Shown here: piece after piece, positions 1 through 10,385 of the stretch
How positions within the stretch are numbered: position 1 is the stretch's first letter
Layout: each line of letters begins with the position of its first letter
From: an uncultured bacterium
GTDB lineage: Bacteria > Desulfobacterota_D > UBA1144 > Nemesobacterales > UBA2774
Direction of reading: 5' to 3'
Assembly (NCBI GenBank): GCA_963705505.1
Contig: CAVPJU010000009.1
Location: 1 to 46,658, forward strand
DNA: 46,658 bases
Program-made: the position numbers and the translations under genes
The notes under the pieces: model-generated
What the model saw: the letters and a program-made list of their open reading frames with translations, nothing else
Database searches by the model: none
What the model was told of the DNA's origin: nothing

Positions 1-429
1 TGCCAAGGTGTCGCGCAGGTGGACTATGGCCATCGAGAGCTTGCCGTTGCCGAATACGTAAACGAGATCGTACGCGGGCTCTTCCTTCTCGACCTCGACG
101 GTGACGCGGGCGTCGGGCTTCCCTTCTACGTCGACCTGCACGTCGCCCTCTACGAGCACGGGGGCGGAGTCGCCGCCGAGCCTGTACGTGAGTATCTCGT
201 TCCCTTCTTTTACGAGCTCGGCGCTCTCGTGCTTCTTGACCTCGTCCTTGGTCATGCCCCACTTCACGTCCCTGAAATCGGGCTTTTTGTCGCGGGAGCA
301 GGACACTGCGGCGAGGGATAATAGTATGGTAAGGAGCATTGCGTATGACAGGCGGGTGAAAAGACGAGATTGCCGCGCGGCTGCGCAGCTCGCAATGACA
401 GGCTTAAAACACGCTGAGTGATTTTTCAT
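1..429 (-). CDS. Putative lipoprotein, 3'-truncated by window edge (DFRxxxWGM family)
   Basis: Hand translation MKNHSACFKPVIASCAAARQSRLFTRLSYAMLLTILLSLAAVSCSRDKKPDFRDVKWGMTKDEVKKHE..., open to base 1; GAGGA RBS; lipobox-like LAAVS-C; absent from ORF track. Confidence 0.8.
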   Translation of the reverse strand, partial: MKNHSACFKPVIASCAAARQSRLFTRLSYAMLLTILLSLAAVSCSRDKKPDFRDVKWGMTKDEVKKHESAELVKEGNEILTYRLGGDSAPVLVEGDVQVDVEGKPDARVTVEVEKEEPAYDLVYVFGNGKLSMAIVHLRDTLA

Positions 430-629
430 CTGCGGTCCTCACACCGGGCGGGGGGAGTAGGGATATATTATGGATTAGCCGGGGGAAGATGCAAGGCGCA
501 CACGTGGTGTGGTTCTACGGTCTTTCCGGGACTGCTTGATAGTGTTTAAACCCGCCTCATCCACAACGCTTATGTTTGCCGGCCTGAAGCTACGTAGTTC
601 TCTACCATTCCGTGGGAATAAGGAAGGGG

Positions 630-1256
630 CTAAATGTTATTTAATGGGTTTTCTTTTAACCAGTCGCTAACTATATAGGTGAAATCGACAAATGTAATTT
701 CATCAGGTTTTATGTGCAGCCTTTTGCGTATCGCAGGCAGCTGCTTTTGGAATAGAGTGTACCGTTTGTAAATTTCGGCACCACCAGGGATATTCGTTCG
801 TTTCGACTCCGTTCTTAGCCAACCCCTTATCTCGTGTATTGCTTTTTCAGAAGAATTATTATGTGCAACTATGTCTTGACCGGAGATATCCGAGATGAAT
901 TTGCGATAACGAAATTCATTCTGATCCATGATTAAACAGGTTTTTGCCTTTTGTTCCCCTGTTCCAAAATGGCTGCAGCCCAGAAAAATGCCCAGCTCCA
1001 AGGGCATGTTAAATCGGGGAAGGTGGGTCTTAGAGCTTATCCCGGTCCTAGAAATATCATGCAAGCCATATTTGCAATGGGAGATGATTTCAATGATTTT
1101 TTGGAGGCGGTTTTTTGCGGAGTTGCTCACCTCAAGGGCACACCTTGCTGTAAAGCCACAGTCGTGTATCGCAAAGATTTCTGCATTAAACAATGGCTTG
1201 TAGCGCGTATCAAAAGGACAGTTTATAAAAACACTGTTTTCATAGGTCGGGTTCAT
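630..1256 (-). CDS. TIR-like / nucleoside 2-deoxyribosyltransferase-like hypothetical protein
   Basis: VFINCPFD start, HDISR, PRFNMPLELG motifs; AT-rich versus flanks. Confidence 0.65.
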   Translation of the reverse strand: MNPTYENSVFINCPFDTRYKPLFNAEIFAIHDCGFTARCALEVSNSAKNRLQKIIEIISHCKYGLHDISRTGISSKTHLPRFNMPLELGIFLGCSHFGTGEQKAKTCLIMDQNEFRYRKFISDISGQDIVAHNNSSEKAIHEIRGWLRTESKRTNIPGGAEIYKRYTLFQKQLPAIRKRLHIKPDEITFVDFTYIVSDWLKENPLNNI

Positions 1257-1326
1257 ACTGTAGTTAATAAAAGATTATTATTCGGTGTCAAGGAGGATTC
1301 TTCGTCAGTCTTGATTTAGGTGTTTA

Positions 1327-1572
1327 TTATCCGGATTTGGCTTTAGATACCACGGCCTTTACTGCTTCCTTTATTTTTTCTCTGGGAATGGAGGTGTGAC
1401 CGGGATGGTATTTTACTGTTCGGGTTGTTTCACCTACTACTGGGAATGCGTGTTCTTTGCCATGCGTTTTGCTTACATAACGTCCCGTCACCGCTGATTG
1501 TTGCATTTTTTTAGATGGTGCACTTCTTTTACGTTTTCCATTCTTAGTTGATTTTGAACTTGTCAATATCAT
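1327..1572 (-). CDS. Small basic hypothetical protein
   Basis: GGGAG RBS before ATG(1572)/TTG(1566); SAVTGRYVSK motif; co-oriented upstream of TIR-like gene. Confidence 0.55.
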   Translation of the reverse strand: MILTSSKSTKNGKRKRSAPSKKMQQSAVTGRYVSKTHGKEHAFPVVGETTRTVKYHPGHTSIPREKIKEAVKAVVSKAKSG

Positions 1573-1654
1573 CTCCCGCTCAATGCCTGTATTACAATAT
1601 ACATTATAGCATTGAGTCGAATCTATAACAATTGCCGAGTTCACCTTTCTTAAA

Positions 1655-2542
1655 TTATTCCCCCAAAAAGCTCACTATCGCACCGATGACCTCGTCAGGC
1701 GCGTCCTCCTGCAGAAAATGCGAGGCGTCGGGTATCTCGACTGCGCGGGCATGCGGATAGAAGCTCTTCCACAACTCAAACAGGATGGGCGGGAGTATCG
1801 GGTCGAGCATCCCCCACACGATTAGCACCGGGACGTCCTCGAACAGCGAGAGTTTTTTCTCTATCGCCGCCATATCGTCCCACGAGGGATCCCCTTCGTT
1901 CACCGTAATGTCCCGCGACCAGCACAGAAGCGCTCTACGCGACTCCGGCGTCGGAAACGGCGCGAGGTATGCCGTCATGACTTCGGGCGTTATCTTCTCC
2001 GGGTAATTCGTTGTCCCCGTGATCGCCCTGCTTACATACCCGTTTTTCTCAAGGACGAAGGCCTCCCCGCGCGGAGAGCGTATCAGCTCCACGAGCTTCG
2101 GGAACGGAGCGCCGGGCCAGCGCGCGAATGCCCACGTGTTCATGAGCGCGAGACGCTTGATGAGCTCCGGGTGTCTCGCCGCGAATCCGAGCCCCACGGG
2201 GCCGCCCCAGTCGTGGACGACGAGAGTTATATCGGTGAGGCCGAGGGATGTGACCAGCGCTTCGAGGTTCGCGATGTGGTGGCGGAGCAGGTAGGGGTAA
2301 GGCTCGGCGGGGGTATCCGACTTCCCCATGCCCATGTGGTCTGGGACTATCACCCGGTGTTGCTGCGAGAGGACGGGGATGAATTTACGCCAGAGGTATC
2401 CCCACGTCGGGTCGCCGTGGAGGAGAAGTATGGGCGCGCCTTCCCCTTCGTCGATATAATGCATCTTGAAATTCCCCGCGTCGAAGTAACGGGGGGTGAA
2501 GGGGTACGTGCCGCCGAATGTTTCGTCCTTGATGCCCGGCAT
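1655..2542 (-). CDS. Alpha/beta hydrolase, haloalkane dehalogenase/OleB-like
   Basis: HGDPTW, HDWGG nucleophile elbow, HFLQED; the longer N-terminus in the ORF track is repeat DNA. Confidence 0.9.
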   Translation of the reverse strand: MPGIKDETFGGTYPFTPRYFDAGNFKMHYIDEGEGAPILLLHGDPTWGYLWRKFIPVLSQQHRVIVPDHMGMGKSDTPAEPYPYLLRHHIANLEALVTSLGLTDITLVVHDWGGPVGLGFAARHPELIKRLALMNTWAFARWPGAPFPKLVELIRSPRGEAFVLEKNGYVSRAITGTTNYPEKITPEVMTAYLAPFPTPESRRALLCWSRDITVNEGDPSWDDMAAIEKKLSLFEDVPVLIVWGMLDPILPPILFELWKSFYPHARAVEIPDASHFLQEDAPDEVIGAIVSFLGE

Positions 2543-2863
2543 GACGTTTACTACCATACTATATTTATACGCGGGGTGTCTATGGGGTGATTTAAAACTG
2601 AAAGACGGGATTGCCGCGAATGGCTTCGCTTCCGCATGACGACGAAGAAAAGGCAAATAAAGAAAAGGCATTTTTCTTCTTTTCCTTGATGAAAAGAGGC
2701 AAAAATCACACACATGGTGTGGTCCTATGAGGACATCCTTCGACAGGCTTCCGTCTTCGCTAAAGCTACGCCGGACAAGCAGGACGAACGGGTTGGGCTT
2801 CATTCTCGAGCGAAAGCAGTGGAGTGTGTGGGAAATCGTATATGAACACACATTGTGCGTGCG

Positions 2864-3595
2864 TTACTGCTGCTGCTCCGGCTCGCCCGAGCCCGCGAGT
2901 AGGTATTTGATTGCATCGACTGAGCGGTCGGGCGGGAGCTTGAGCGTCCCTTTATATAGATCGGCGATCGCGAGGCAGACTTTCTTTTTCTCCTCATCGG
3001 TGAGCGGGGTCTGGGCCGTGTAATCGATATCGGGGCCGTATTTGGCGACGACGTCGGAGGAGATTCTCCCTATATCCTTTTTCGCGGCCTTCACGTTGCC
3101 GAGCTTTTCGGGCTCCGTGTGTGCGGACCTGATTATAGCGGCGATTGCCTTCAGCATGTTGTTCTGCTCGTCATGAGACATGAGGGACCACATGCACTCC
3201 TCGCTGCCGTTTATCATGTCCACGCAGCACTGCGGGTCTGTGCCTGACGCCTTTTCGACGACGCTTATGAAAATATTGATGAAGCCGACAGTGGACTGTC
3301 CCGAGGCGAGCGGCAGGTCCGTCTGAAGCAATGCCGCGATGCTCTGGCCGTTGTCGGCGATGATGGCGTCCATGTTCCCGCCGTGCAGTACCGCATCCTT
3401 TGTATCTGCAAGTATCTGACTGTATAGCTCCGGATAGAATTCCTTTATCTCGGGGAAGCCGGGGACTTTCAGTATCTGGGACTCGGCGGTGTAGTAGTTG
3501 TAGAATTTCTCCGCCTGCGGGTACGCCCAGTAGCGGACGAGGGCGACGACTATGAGTATGACTATTACGCGGATAAGGATCTGAAGATATTTCAT
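2864..3595 (-). CDS. Hypothetical protein with N-terminal membrane anchor
   Basis: MKYLQILIRVIVILIVVALVR then soluble domain. Confidence 0.75.
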   Translation of the reverse strand: MKYLQILIRVIVILIVVALVRYWAYPQAEKFYNYYTAESQILKVPGFPEIKEFYPELYSQILADTKDAVLHGGNMDAIIADNGQSIAALLQTDLPLASGQSTVGFINIFISVVEKASGTDPQCCVDMINGSEECMWSLMSHDEQNNMLKAIAAIIRSAHTEPEKLGNVKAAKKDIGRISSDVVAKYGPDIDYTAQTPLTDEEKKKVCLAIADLYKGTLKLPPDRSVDAIKYLLAGSGEPEQQQ

Positions 3596-4033
3596 TGTAC
3601 GTTCACGGGATTTGTTCCGGTGCTGATGCAATTGTAGTATACGCGGCTAACGGGGAGGTGTGAAATTTTAGGGGGATACGGCATGCGATTTGACCCTTTC
3701 TTGCCCGGAATCGTAGTTCAGCAAGACAAAAAGACAGAAGCGTCTTCCCTCCGAGCGTGGGGTAGGGGGGCTTTTTTGTTGGCGGAGTCAGGGGTCAGCT
3801 TAATTGTGTATGCAAGTTTTCACTTTACTCGAATTTTAAAATATTCTATAATCATTTAATCGGGGGGGAGTATTGCGGGGGGATTTCGGAGGACGCCGAA
3901 TCCGGGTATTCCACGCCTGTTCCTACAGTCAGTATCGGTTTTTCCCATTTTTTTCTCATTCAGGCTTTTGTGGCATTCCTTTAATTGTTACACATAAAGC
4001 GTTGTAAAGAAACAATAAATATTTTAGGAGGAT

Positions 4034-5491
4034 GTGATGGAAGCAAAAGGCGGATTTTCCGGCATCTGGCTCATGGTATTTCTATTTCTTCTTCTTCCCG
4101 CTTCGGCGCTGGGGACGACAGTCACTAACACAAACAACTCCGGAGGCGGGTCTTTGAGGGACGCGGTGGCGAATACGCCGTCTGGGGGCATTGTAGATTT
4201 CGACCCGGGACTCGCGGGGAGCACCATCGTGCTCGGCACCGAGATAGTTATAGATAAGAGCCTGACGATCGCGGGGCCGGGACCCGGTCTGCTTACGGTA
4301 AGCGGGAACAACGTAACGCGCATATTCAATATAATAGCGGGCCAGGACGTTACGATCTCGGGACTCAGGCTCTTCAACGGCAGCTCCACGATCGGCGCCG
4401 CTATTAATAATGGTGGCGCGCTCAATCTGGTTATTAATAACTGCGTCTTCGAATCGAACACCGCTTCATGCACCGGCAGCTGCTTTGCCGGAGCTGCGGT
4501 CTTTGAAGGGCTCGGAGGCACGGGCACATTAAGCGTCAGCGATTCTTCCTTCTTATTCAACAGGGCGACATGCGACGGCAACAATTGTTTTGTTCTGGGC
4601 GCAGGCCTGGGGAACGGCTCGGGGGGAGATTTTGAATTCAATATCAACAACTGCATCTTCAGGTCAAACACGGCGTCCTGCAGCGGAGACTGTTTTGTAA
4701 TAGGGGCGGGTGTCGCAAACGGGGGCGGCGGGACTCAAAACTTCCACATCCTCAACAACACTTTCGATTCGAACAACTCCTCATGCGACGGAGACACCTG
4801 TTTCGTCGTAGGATCGGGTGTCGCGAACGGGGGCGGCGGGGTCCTGTTCTTTGAAATCACCAACAATACTTTCTACTCGAACATCGCCTCCTGCAGCGGC
4901 ATTGATTGCTTCGTATTCGGAGCCGGGTTCGGGAACGGGGGCGGCGGTCTTACATCGGATGTTTTTTTCAACACATTCAGCCGCAATTCCGTTTTCTGCA
5001 GCGGGGATGGCTGCGACGCGGATGGAGCCAGTATAAGCAGCAGCGACACACGGATAGACAGCAATATTTTTTTCACGGACTCCCTAGCGGGGAATTGCAC
5101 CGGGGGTCTTACCTCGCTCGGCTACAACATAGACAGCGACGGGACGTGCGTGGACGGGAGCTCTCCGGGCGACCAGCCTTTTACAGACCCCGGGCTGGTT
5201 TCCGGGCCGCCTCGGAATAACGGGGGGCCCACGCCGACGATCGCGCTCCTCGGTCAGAGCCCGGCGATAGATGCGGGCGACCCCGCGTGCCCTCCGCCGG
5301 ATACGGACCAGAGAGGCGTCACGCGCCCGCAGCTCCAGAGGTGCGACACCGGGTCTTACGAGCTGGAGTCTTTAGGGGTGATCAGGCCTATCCCCACGCT
5401 CAGCGAGTGGGGGATGATCGCAGCGGCTGTTGGATTAGGATTGATTGGTGTGTTCTTCGCGGTGAGGAGAAAGAGGATTAGTCAGGTCTAG
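4034..5491 (+). CDS. Secreted beta-helix protein with choice-of-anchor Q-like region and IPTL-CTERM
   Basis: Signal peptide, GGSLRDAV, NGGPTPTIALL..SPAIDAG..DQRG..CDTGSYE, IPTLSEWG+TM+RRKR; GGAGG RBS. Confidence 0.9.
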   Translation: MMEAKGGFSGIWLMVFLFLLLPASALGTTVTNTNNSGGGSLRDAVANTPSGGIVDFDPGLAGSTIVLGTEIVIDKSLTIAGPGPGLLTVSGNNVTRIFNIIAGQDVTISGLRLFNGSSTIGAAINNGGALNLVINNCVFESNTASCTGSCFAGAAVFEGLGGTGTLSVSDSSFLFNRATCDGNNCFVLGAGLGNGSGGDFEFNINNCIFRSNTASCSGDCFVIGAGVANGGGGTQNFHILNNTFDSNNSSCDGDTCFVVGSGVANGGGGVLFFEITNNTFYSNIASCSGIDCFVFGAGFGNGGGGLTSDVFFNTFSRNSVFCSGDGCDADGASISSSDTRIDSNIFFTDSLAGNCTGGLTSLGYNIDSDGTCVDGSSPGDQPFTDPGLVSGPPRNNGGPTPTIALLGQSPAIDAGDPACPPPDTDQRGVTRPQLQRCDTGSYELESLGVIRPIPTLSEWGMIAAAVGLGLIGVFFAVRRKRISQV

Positions 5492-5567
5492 AATGGATAT
5501 ACTGGATATAGCACATTAGATCCTGATATGTATTAAGGATGGCTGATTTTATAAATCAATAGTGACA

Positions 5568-5603
5568 CCCCCACCCGAACCCTCCCCCCTCAAGGGGGAG
5601 GGA
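5568..5603. repeat. C-rich REP family (copies/variants ~6349, 12069, 17640-17723, 18276, 19357-19443, 20802, 25660, 30746-30829, 33724, 37458, 38773, 40558, 40709, 41674, 42866)
   Basis: CCCCCACCCnnnCCCTCCCCC-loop-GGGGGAGGGAA hairpins. Confidence 0.85.
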
Positions 5604-5628
5604 ATCTAAATAAAGCAGGGGAAGAGGA

Positions 5629-6276
5629 TTATTGCGGCGGGGGTGCACTCTCACCCTGATCCTCACCTTTCTCTTTTGTATCCAGCTCCTGCTGAATCTG
5701 CCGCTCCGTGACTCGCGGGTTGAGCTTCACGCTGTAGTAGAGCACCGACAGGATCGTATTCACGTTCCCGCCCTCGAGGGTGAGGAATATCTGTGTTTCG
5801 GGCTTGTTCCATGAGGACTGGAGTATAAGCTTGCCGTCCGTGACCGCCTTGCCGTATTCCCCGGGCTTGTCGGTATGGGGCTCCTCGCTCCAGGTTTTCC
5901 CGTCCTGTGCGGGCTTTCCGAATTGCGCTGTCAGGACGCCTTTTAGCTTTTCATAGTCCTTGATGTACTGATTGGGGTCGGCGTATTTGTTCGTGATGGC
6001 GTAGCCGCCCAGGACAAGCTTGTCGTTCGTGAAGAGATACCCGATCTCGGCGTCGAAGCCCTCGTACTTCCCCTTGTAGCTGACCGCGAGGTCGTAGGGC
6101 GGGAGCTGCGTCTCGCTCACGGGGGCGGTGTTCTCGGTGAGCTTTACCTGCGCGGGCGACATGCCCCATCTGGTGTTGCGGAAGTCGTGGGTGCCGTCCT
6201 TCTGCGCGTGGGCCGATGTGACGAACGGGCTAATGATGATGAGCGTAAGCGCGATGAGCGCGGATGATTTCTTCAA
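5629..6276 (-). CDS. Secreted hypothetical protein (DFRxxxWGM family)
   Basis: TTG start with GAGGAG RBS, AHA signal cleavage, DFRNTRWGM shared with gene 1-429. Confidence 0.8.
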   Translation of the reverse strand: MKKSSALIALTLIIISPFVTSAHAQKDGTHDFRNTRWGMSPAQVKLTENTAPVSETQLPPYDLAVSYKGKYEGFDAEIGYLFTNDKLVLGGYAITNKYADPNQYIKDYEKLKGVLTAQFGKPAQDGKTWSEEPHTDKPGEYGKAVTDGKLILQSSWNKPETQIFLTLEGGNVNTILSVLYYSVKLNPRVTERQIQQELDTKEKGEDQGESAPPPQ

Positions 6277-6390
6277 CTTTGTGTCTCCTCGGTAGAATTA
6301 TACACTGAGATTGGAGGGAGGATTCGGAAAGAGGGGAGACATAAATATTCCCCCCTTAGAAAAAGGGGGATTTAAAAAGGCCGGAAATCA

Positions 6391-6561
6391 CTATTTCCCC
6401 AGGTCATGAATTATCCTTGTAAGCAGCACTTCCGTTTTTTTCAAACCTTCGCGGAAATCCAGGTTATCCGTGTCCGCGATTTCCATTCTCAGGTCGGAGA
6501 GATAGCCCGTGAGGACATCGTTCAACATCGCTGCTTCTTCTGCGGTCAGATTGATCTGCAT
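6391..6561 (-). CDS. Small hypothetical protein (56 aa)
   Basis: AAAGGAG RBS; MQINLTAEEAAMLNDVLTGYLSDLRMEIADTDNLDFREGLKK. Confidence 0.75.
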   Translation of the reverse strand: MQINLTAEEAAMLNDVLTGYLSDLRMEIADTDNLDFREGLKKTEVLLTRIIHDLGK

Positions 6562-6716
6562 AATTAGTCTCCTTTGTTCGGATTTCCTGTATATATATAG
6601 GTTAGATTCGCAAAGCGCAAATTGCAAGTGCGGGGGGAACCACTCTTCCGTCATCGCGGGGACTGCTCTGATAACGGTTCCGATTACTCTTGCGGGCAAG
6701 CGCGCAGCCGGTCGGG

Positions 6717-9700
6717 TCAATTAACATTCTCTAATTCTTGCCGATGGCTCATTCGTTCCTGAGGAGCATCCAGCACCTCGCGCACTTTGCTTAGTAGAAC
6801 CGCCGGCGTGAAAGGTTTTTGGATGAAAGATGTTCCGTTAATCAAAATGCCGTATTGTTTAATGGTATTATCGATATAACCCGACATGTAAAGGACTTTC
6901 ATCTCGGGGTGCAGGGCTATCAAGCGTTGGGCCAGCTCGGGTCCGCTCATCTTGGGCATCACTACATCGATCAGCAACAGATGGATCGGGTCCGGATATT
7001 GCTCACAGATATGAATAGCTTTATCGCAATGATTCGCTTCCAATACGTTATGACCCGCTTCTTTCAATACTCTGCTAACCAGAGTCAGAACCTCATCGTG
7101 GTCTTCGGCGATAATAATAGTTTCCGGTCCTCCGTGCGCGTTCCCCGCGACTACTATTTTGTCCTCTTTTTGTTCGGGACGTTCATCGTTCACCGGAAGA
7201 TAAATTTCAAATGTCGTGCCCCGGCCAATTTCGCTATCGACCGTGACGTGTCCTCCGCTCTGATTGATTATCCCATAGACGGTCGCAAGGCCCAGTCCCG
7301 TACCTTTTCCCAATTCCTTCGTCGTAAAGAAGGGCTCGAAGATTTGCGATAGCGTCTCTTCGTCCATGCCGTGTCCTGTGTCGCTCACGGCGAGCATCAC
7401 ATAACGGCCGGGTTTGACATCGGCGTGCCGGCTTGCGAAAGCCTCTTCCAGGTCAACGCTTGCCGTTCGTATCAGGAGTTTGCCCCCTTTAGGCATGGCG
7501 TCCCTCGCGTTAATAGCGAGATTCATAATCACCTGCTCGATTTGTCCCGGATCGGCTTTCACACGCCCGAGCTCGGGCTCAAGCGCGGTGACGAGCTCGA
7601 CGTCCTCCCCGATAAGCCGCCTGACCATCTTCTCTATGCCGGTAACTACGTCATTGAGGTTCAGCACCTTCGGCTGGAGCAGCTGTTTGCGGCTGAAGGC
7701 CAGCAGCTGACCCGTCAATGCCGCGGCCCGCTCTCCGGCATTTCTAATCTCCCGGATTCTCTCCTCCTGTTTGCTATCGAGGCTCGATCGCGATAACAGG
7801 AGCTCGCTGTAGTTCAATATGATCGTCAAAAGATTATTGAAGTCGTGAGCGATCCCGCCTGCCAGTCTTCCTACCGCCTCCATCTTTTGGGCCTGCTGCA
7901 GCTCCGCCTCAAGCCGCTTCCTTTCCGTTATGTCGGTAACGAAGCCTTCCAGGTAAAGAAGATCTCCCGAGGGCGAGAATACGCCCTGGCCTTTTTCCCA
8001 AACCCACTTCTCTTCATTCGTTTTGGTCGTGATTCTGTATACAAACTCGTACATTTGATGCTTTTCGATCGCTGCATATAGTTCGTTAAGGACACGTTGA
8101 CGATCATCGGTGTGTATAAGGTCTGCGTAGCTGATCGATCTGTTCGCGACGAAGTCTTCGACATCATAACCGGTGAGCGCCGATACGCCTTCGCTGACGA
8201 ACTCGAACGTAAAGTCTTTATCGTTCCTGCAGCGATACGAGCATCCCGGAAGATTGCTCATCACGGTTGCGAGCAAGCGTTCATTATTCCTCAATGCATC
8301 TTCGGTCCGCTTGCGGTCGGTAATATCGAGTACGGTTCCGATCATTCGAACGGGTTGGCCGTTGTCGTCAAAAATAACCTCGGCCTGCTCGTGAACGATC
8401 CGCTCCGAGCCGCCCGGCAACACTATCCGGTGGTCGATGCTGTAATTTGACCCGTTATGAAGGGCTTCATTTACGGATTTCCTTACGAATTCTCTGTCTT
8501 CCGGATGAACGGAATTTAAAAACGATTCGTATGTCGCGCCGAATTGCTGCGGGATAAATCCGAACATCCGGTAAACCTCATCTGACCAGAGGATCTCATT
8601 TGTCCCGATATCCCAGTCCCAATTTCCCAGATGCGCGATACGCTGCGCCTCCGAGAGGCTCTCTTTGGCTTTTTGCAGAGCCTCTTCCGCAATTTTACGC
8701 TCGGTGATGTCCTCCGCGACTCCCACGCCGCCGATGACGTCCCCATTCTCGTCATATAACGGAGAAAAGTATTGCGACAGCCATACATTCGCCCCGCTCG
8801 TGGTGGCTTGATACAGACCCTCGCGGTATGAATGCTGGCCCTGAATCGTCTTCTCCGTCACGGGAACGAAGCTCTTGTCTTTCAAGTCCCTGATATTGAA
8901 TCCTATGATTTTGTCATACGAGCTCTGTAATATTTCTACCATCCGTTTGTTGCATTGGGTAACCTTCAAATCTTTATCGAAGATATATACCCCGACCGGT
9001 GATTGATCGAAGAGTATGCGGTAACGCTCCTCGGATTGTCTCAGCGCCTCGGTCATGCGTATTTTTTTTATGGCCCTCTCGATCTGCTGAGCTACGGTTT
9101 CCAATAGATTTAATTCTTCCTCATCGAATGCGTCCCTCTTCAAGGAATGTATGTTTATCGTCCCTATGACCTCGCCTTCGTGGCTGAACGGCATGGATAC
9201 ATAGCTCATTGTCCCCAGCTTCCGCCCTGCGGGTCCGATAACCATGTCCTGGTCGACGTCAGAGCAATATAGTAAAGGCTTATTCTCCGTGATCGCCTTC
9301 CAGGTAAAGCCGCTCGGATACGCGATCTTTCCGGCCTGCCTGACATACCAGTCGGGGTAGCCCCTATACGCCTTGAGCACCGCTTCGCGGCCTTCGACGA
9401 AATAGATGGAAACGATATCGGACGGCTCCATATTTTTACTCATGGCTTCGACGATGTCTTCCAGAATTTCCTGAAGGTTGTGGGATTCGGTGACGCTCCT
9501 GTTAATCGAGCCTATGATCGACTCGTAACGGCTCTTCTTCGACAGCCGCGCGAGGCTCTCGTTTAACTCCTCGACGAGGCGCCTCTCCTCCGTAACGTCG
9601 CGGTAGCTGCAGACGGTGCCGACGATTTCGTCCCCGATCATCTGAGGGTTGCTCGAGTGCTCGAAGACCCTGCCGTCCTTGAGCTCTATAAGCTCGTGTA

Positions 9701-10385
9701 TCGCCTTCTCGGGGCACTTCTCAAGATGCCTTACCGTTCCGTTGATGCTTTCGGGGTCCTTTACTCTTTCAAGCAGGTGCCCGATCAGCAGGCTGAAGTC
9801 TTTCGTTTCCGCGACAGGCTGGGGCAGCCTCCACATTTCGATGTACTTCCCGTTGAGGTCCGTTATCCTGTTCGACCTGTCTATCGAGATGATGCCGTCG
9901 GCGGTGGCGTCGAGAGTCGCGCGGAGGAGGGAGAGGGCATTCTTCAATTCGATGCCGGACTTTTCGTTGGCGCTGACGTCGCGCAATATCGCGGTAAACA
10001 CCATCCCGTCCCCCGAGCCATATTTGGAAATCGAGGCTTCCGCCGGGAACTCCGTGCCGTCCTTGCGGTATGCATAGAATTTGGAGCGTTCGTTCATGTA
10101 CTTTGACTGTACGGGAGCGCGGGCAAAATTCTCTAAGTGCGTCCGGTGAGCTTCGACGAAACGGTCCGGTATCAGGTCGTCAAGCGGCCTACCCAGTATT
10201 TCATCTGAGCCGTAGCCGAATAACTTTTCCGCCCCTTGATTAAAAAAGACGATCTTCTGGTTTTTGTCGACGGACACGACCGCCTCCTCGGCAAGGTTGA
10301 GAATGCTGTCATGGCGGGCGCTTACGCTGCGAAGGTTATCGAGCTCGTTTATGAGCTGCGCCCTGGTCTTATATTTGTCTTTCAT
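6717..10385 (-). CDS. Hybrid sensor histidine kinase/response regulator with multiple PAS and one GAF domain (CckA-like)
   Basis: GIAHDFNN H-box, NARDAMPKGG, DTGHGM, FFTTK, GTGLGL, receiver DVVMP..KPF. Confidence 0.95.
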   Translation of the reverse strand: MKDKYKTRAQLINELDNLRSVSARHDSILNLAEEAVVSVDKNQKIVFFNQGAEKLFGYGSDEILGRPLDDLIPDRFVEAHRTHLENFARAPVQSKYMNERSKFYAYRKDGTEFPAEASISKYGSGDGMVFTAILRDVSANEKSGIELKNALSLLRATLDATADGIISIDRSNRITDLNGKYIEMWRLPQPVAETKDFSLLIGHLLERVKDPESINGTVRHLEKCPEKAIHELIELKDGRVFEHSSNPQMIGDEIVGTVCSYRDVTEERRLVEELNESLARLSKKSRYESIIGSINRSVTESHNLQEILEDIVEAMSKNMEPSDIVSIYFVEGREAVLKAYRGYPDWYVRQAGKIAYPSGFTWKAITENKPLLYCSDVDQDMVIGPAGRKLGTMSYVSMPFSHEGEVIGTINIHSLKRDAFDEEELNLLETVAQQIERAIKKIRMTEALRQSEERYRILFDQSPVGVYIFDKDLKVTQCNKRMVEILQSSYDKIIGFNIRDLKDKSFVPVTEKTIQGQHSYREGLYQATTSGANVWLSQYFSPLYDENGDVIGGVGVAEDITERKIAEEALQKAKESLSEAQRIAHLGNWDWDIGTNEILWSDEVYRMFGFIPQQFGATYESFLNSVHPEDREFVRKSVNEALHNGSNYSIDHRIVLPGGSERIVHEQAEVIFDDNGQPVRMIGTVLDITDRKRTEDALRNNERLLATVMSNLPGCSYRCRNDKDFTFEFVSEGVSALTGYDVEDFVANRSISYADLIHTDDRQRVLNELYAAIEKHQMYEFVYRITTKTNEEKWVWEKGQGVFSPSGDLLYLEGFVTDITERKRLEAELQQAQKMEAVGRLAGGIAHDFNNLLTIILNYSELLLSRSSLDSKQEERIREIRNAGERAAALTGQLLAFSRKQLLQPKVLNLNDVVTGIEKMVRRLIGEDVELVTALEPELGRVKADPGQIEQVIMNLAINARDAMPKGGKLLIRTASVDLEEAFASRHADVKPGRYVMLAVSDTGHGMDEETLSQIFEPFFTTKELGKGTGLGLATVYGIINQSGGHVTVDSEIGRGTTFEIYLPVNDERPEQKEDKIVVAGNAHGGPETIIIAEDHDEVLTLVSRVLKEAGHNVLEANHCDKAIHICEQYPDPIHLLLIDVVMPKMSGPELAQRLIALHPEMKVLYMSGYIDNTIKQYGILINGTSFIQKPFTPAVLLSKVREVLDAPQERMSHRQELENVN

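Noticed and set aside
2543..2851. N-terminal extension of the hydrolase in the ORF track
   Set aside because: It translates intergenic repeat DNA; the hydrolase-like sequence starts at MPGIKDETF
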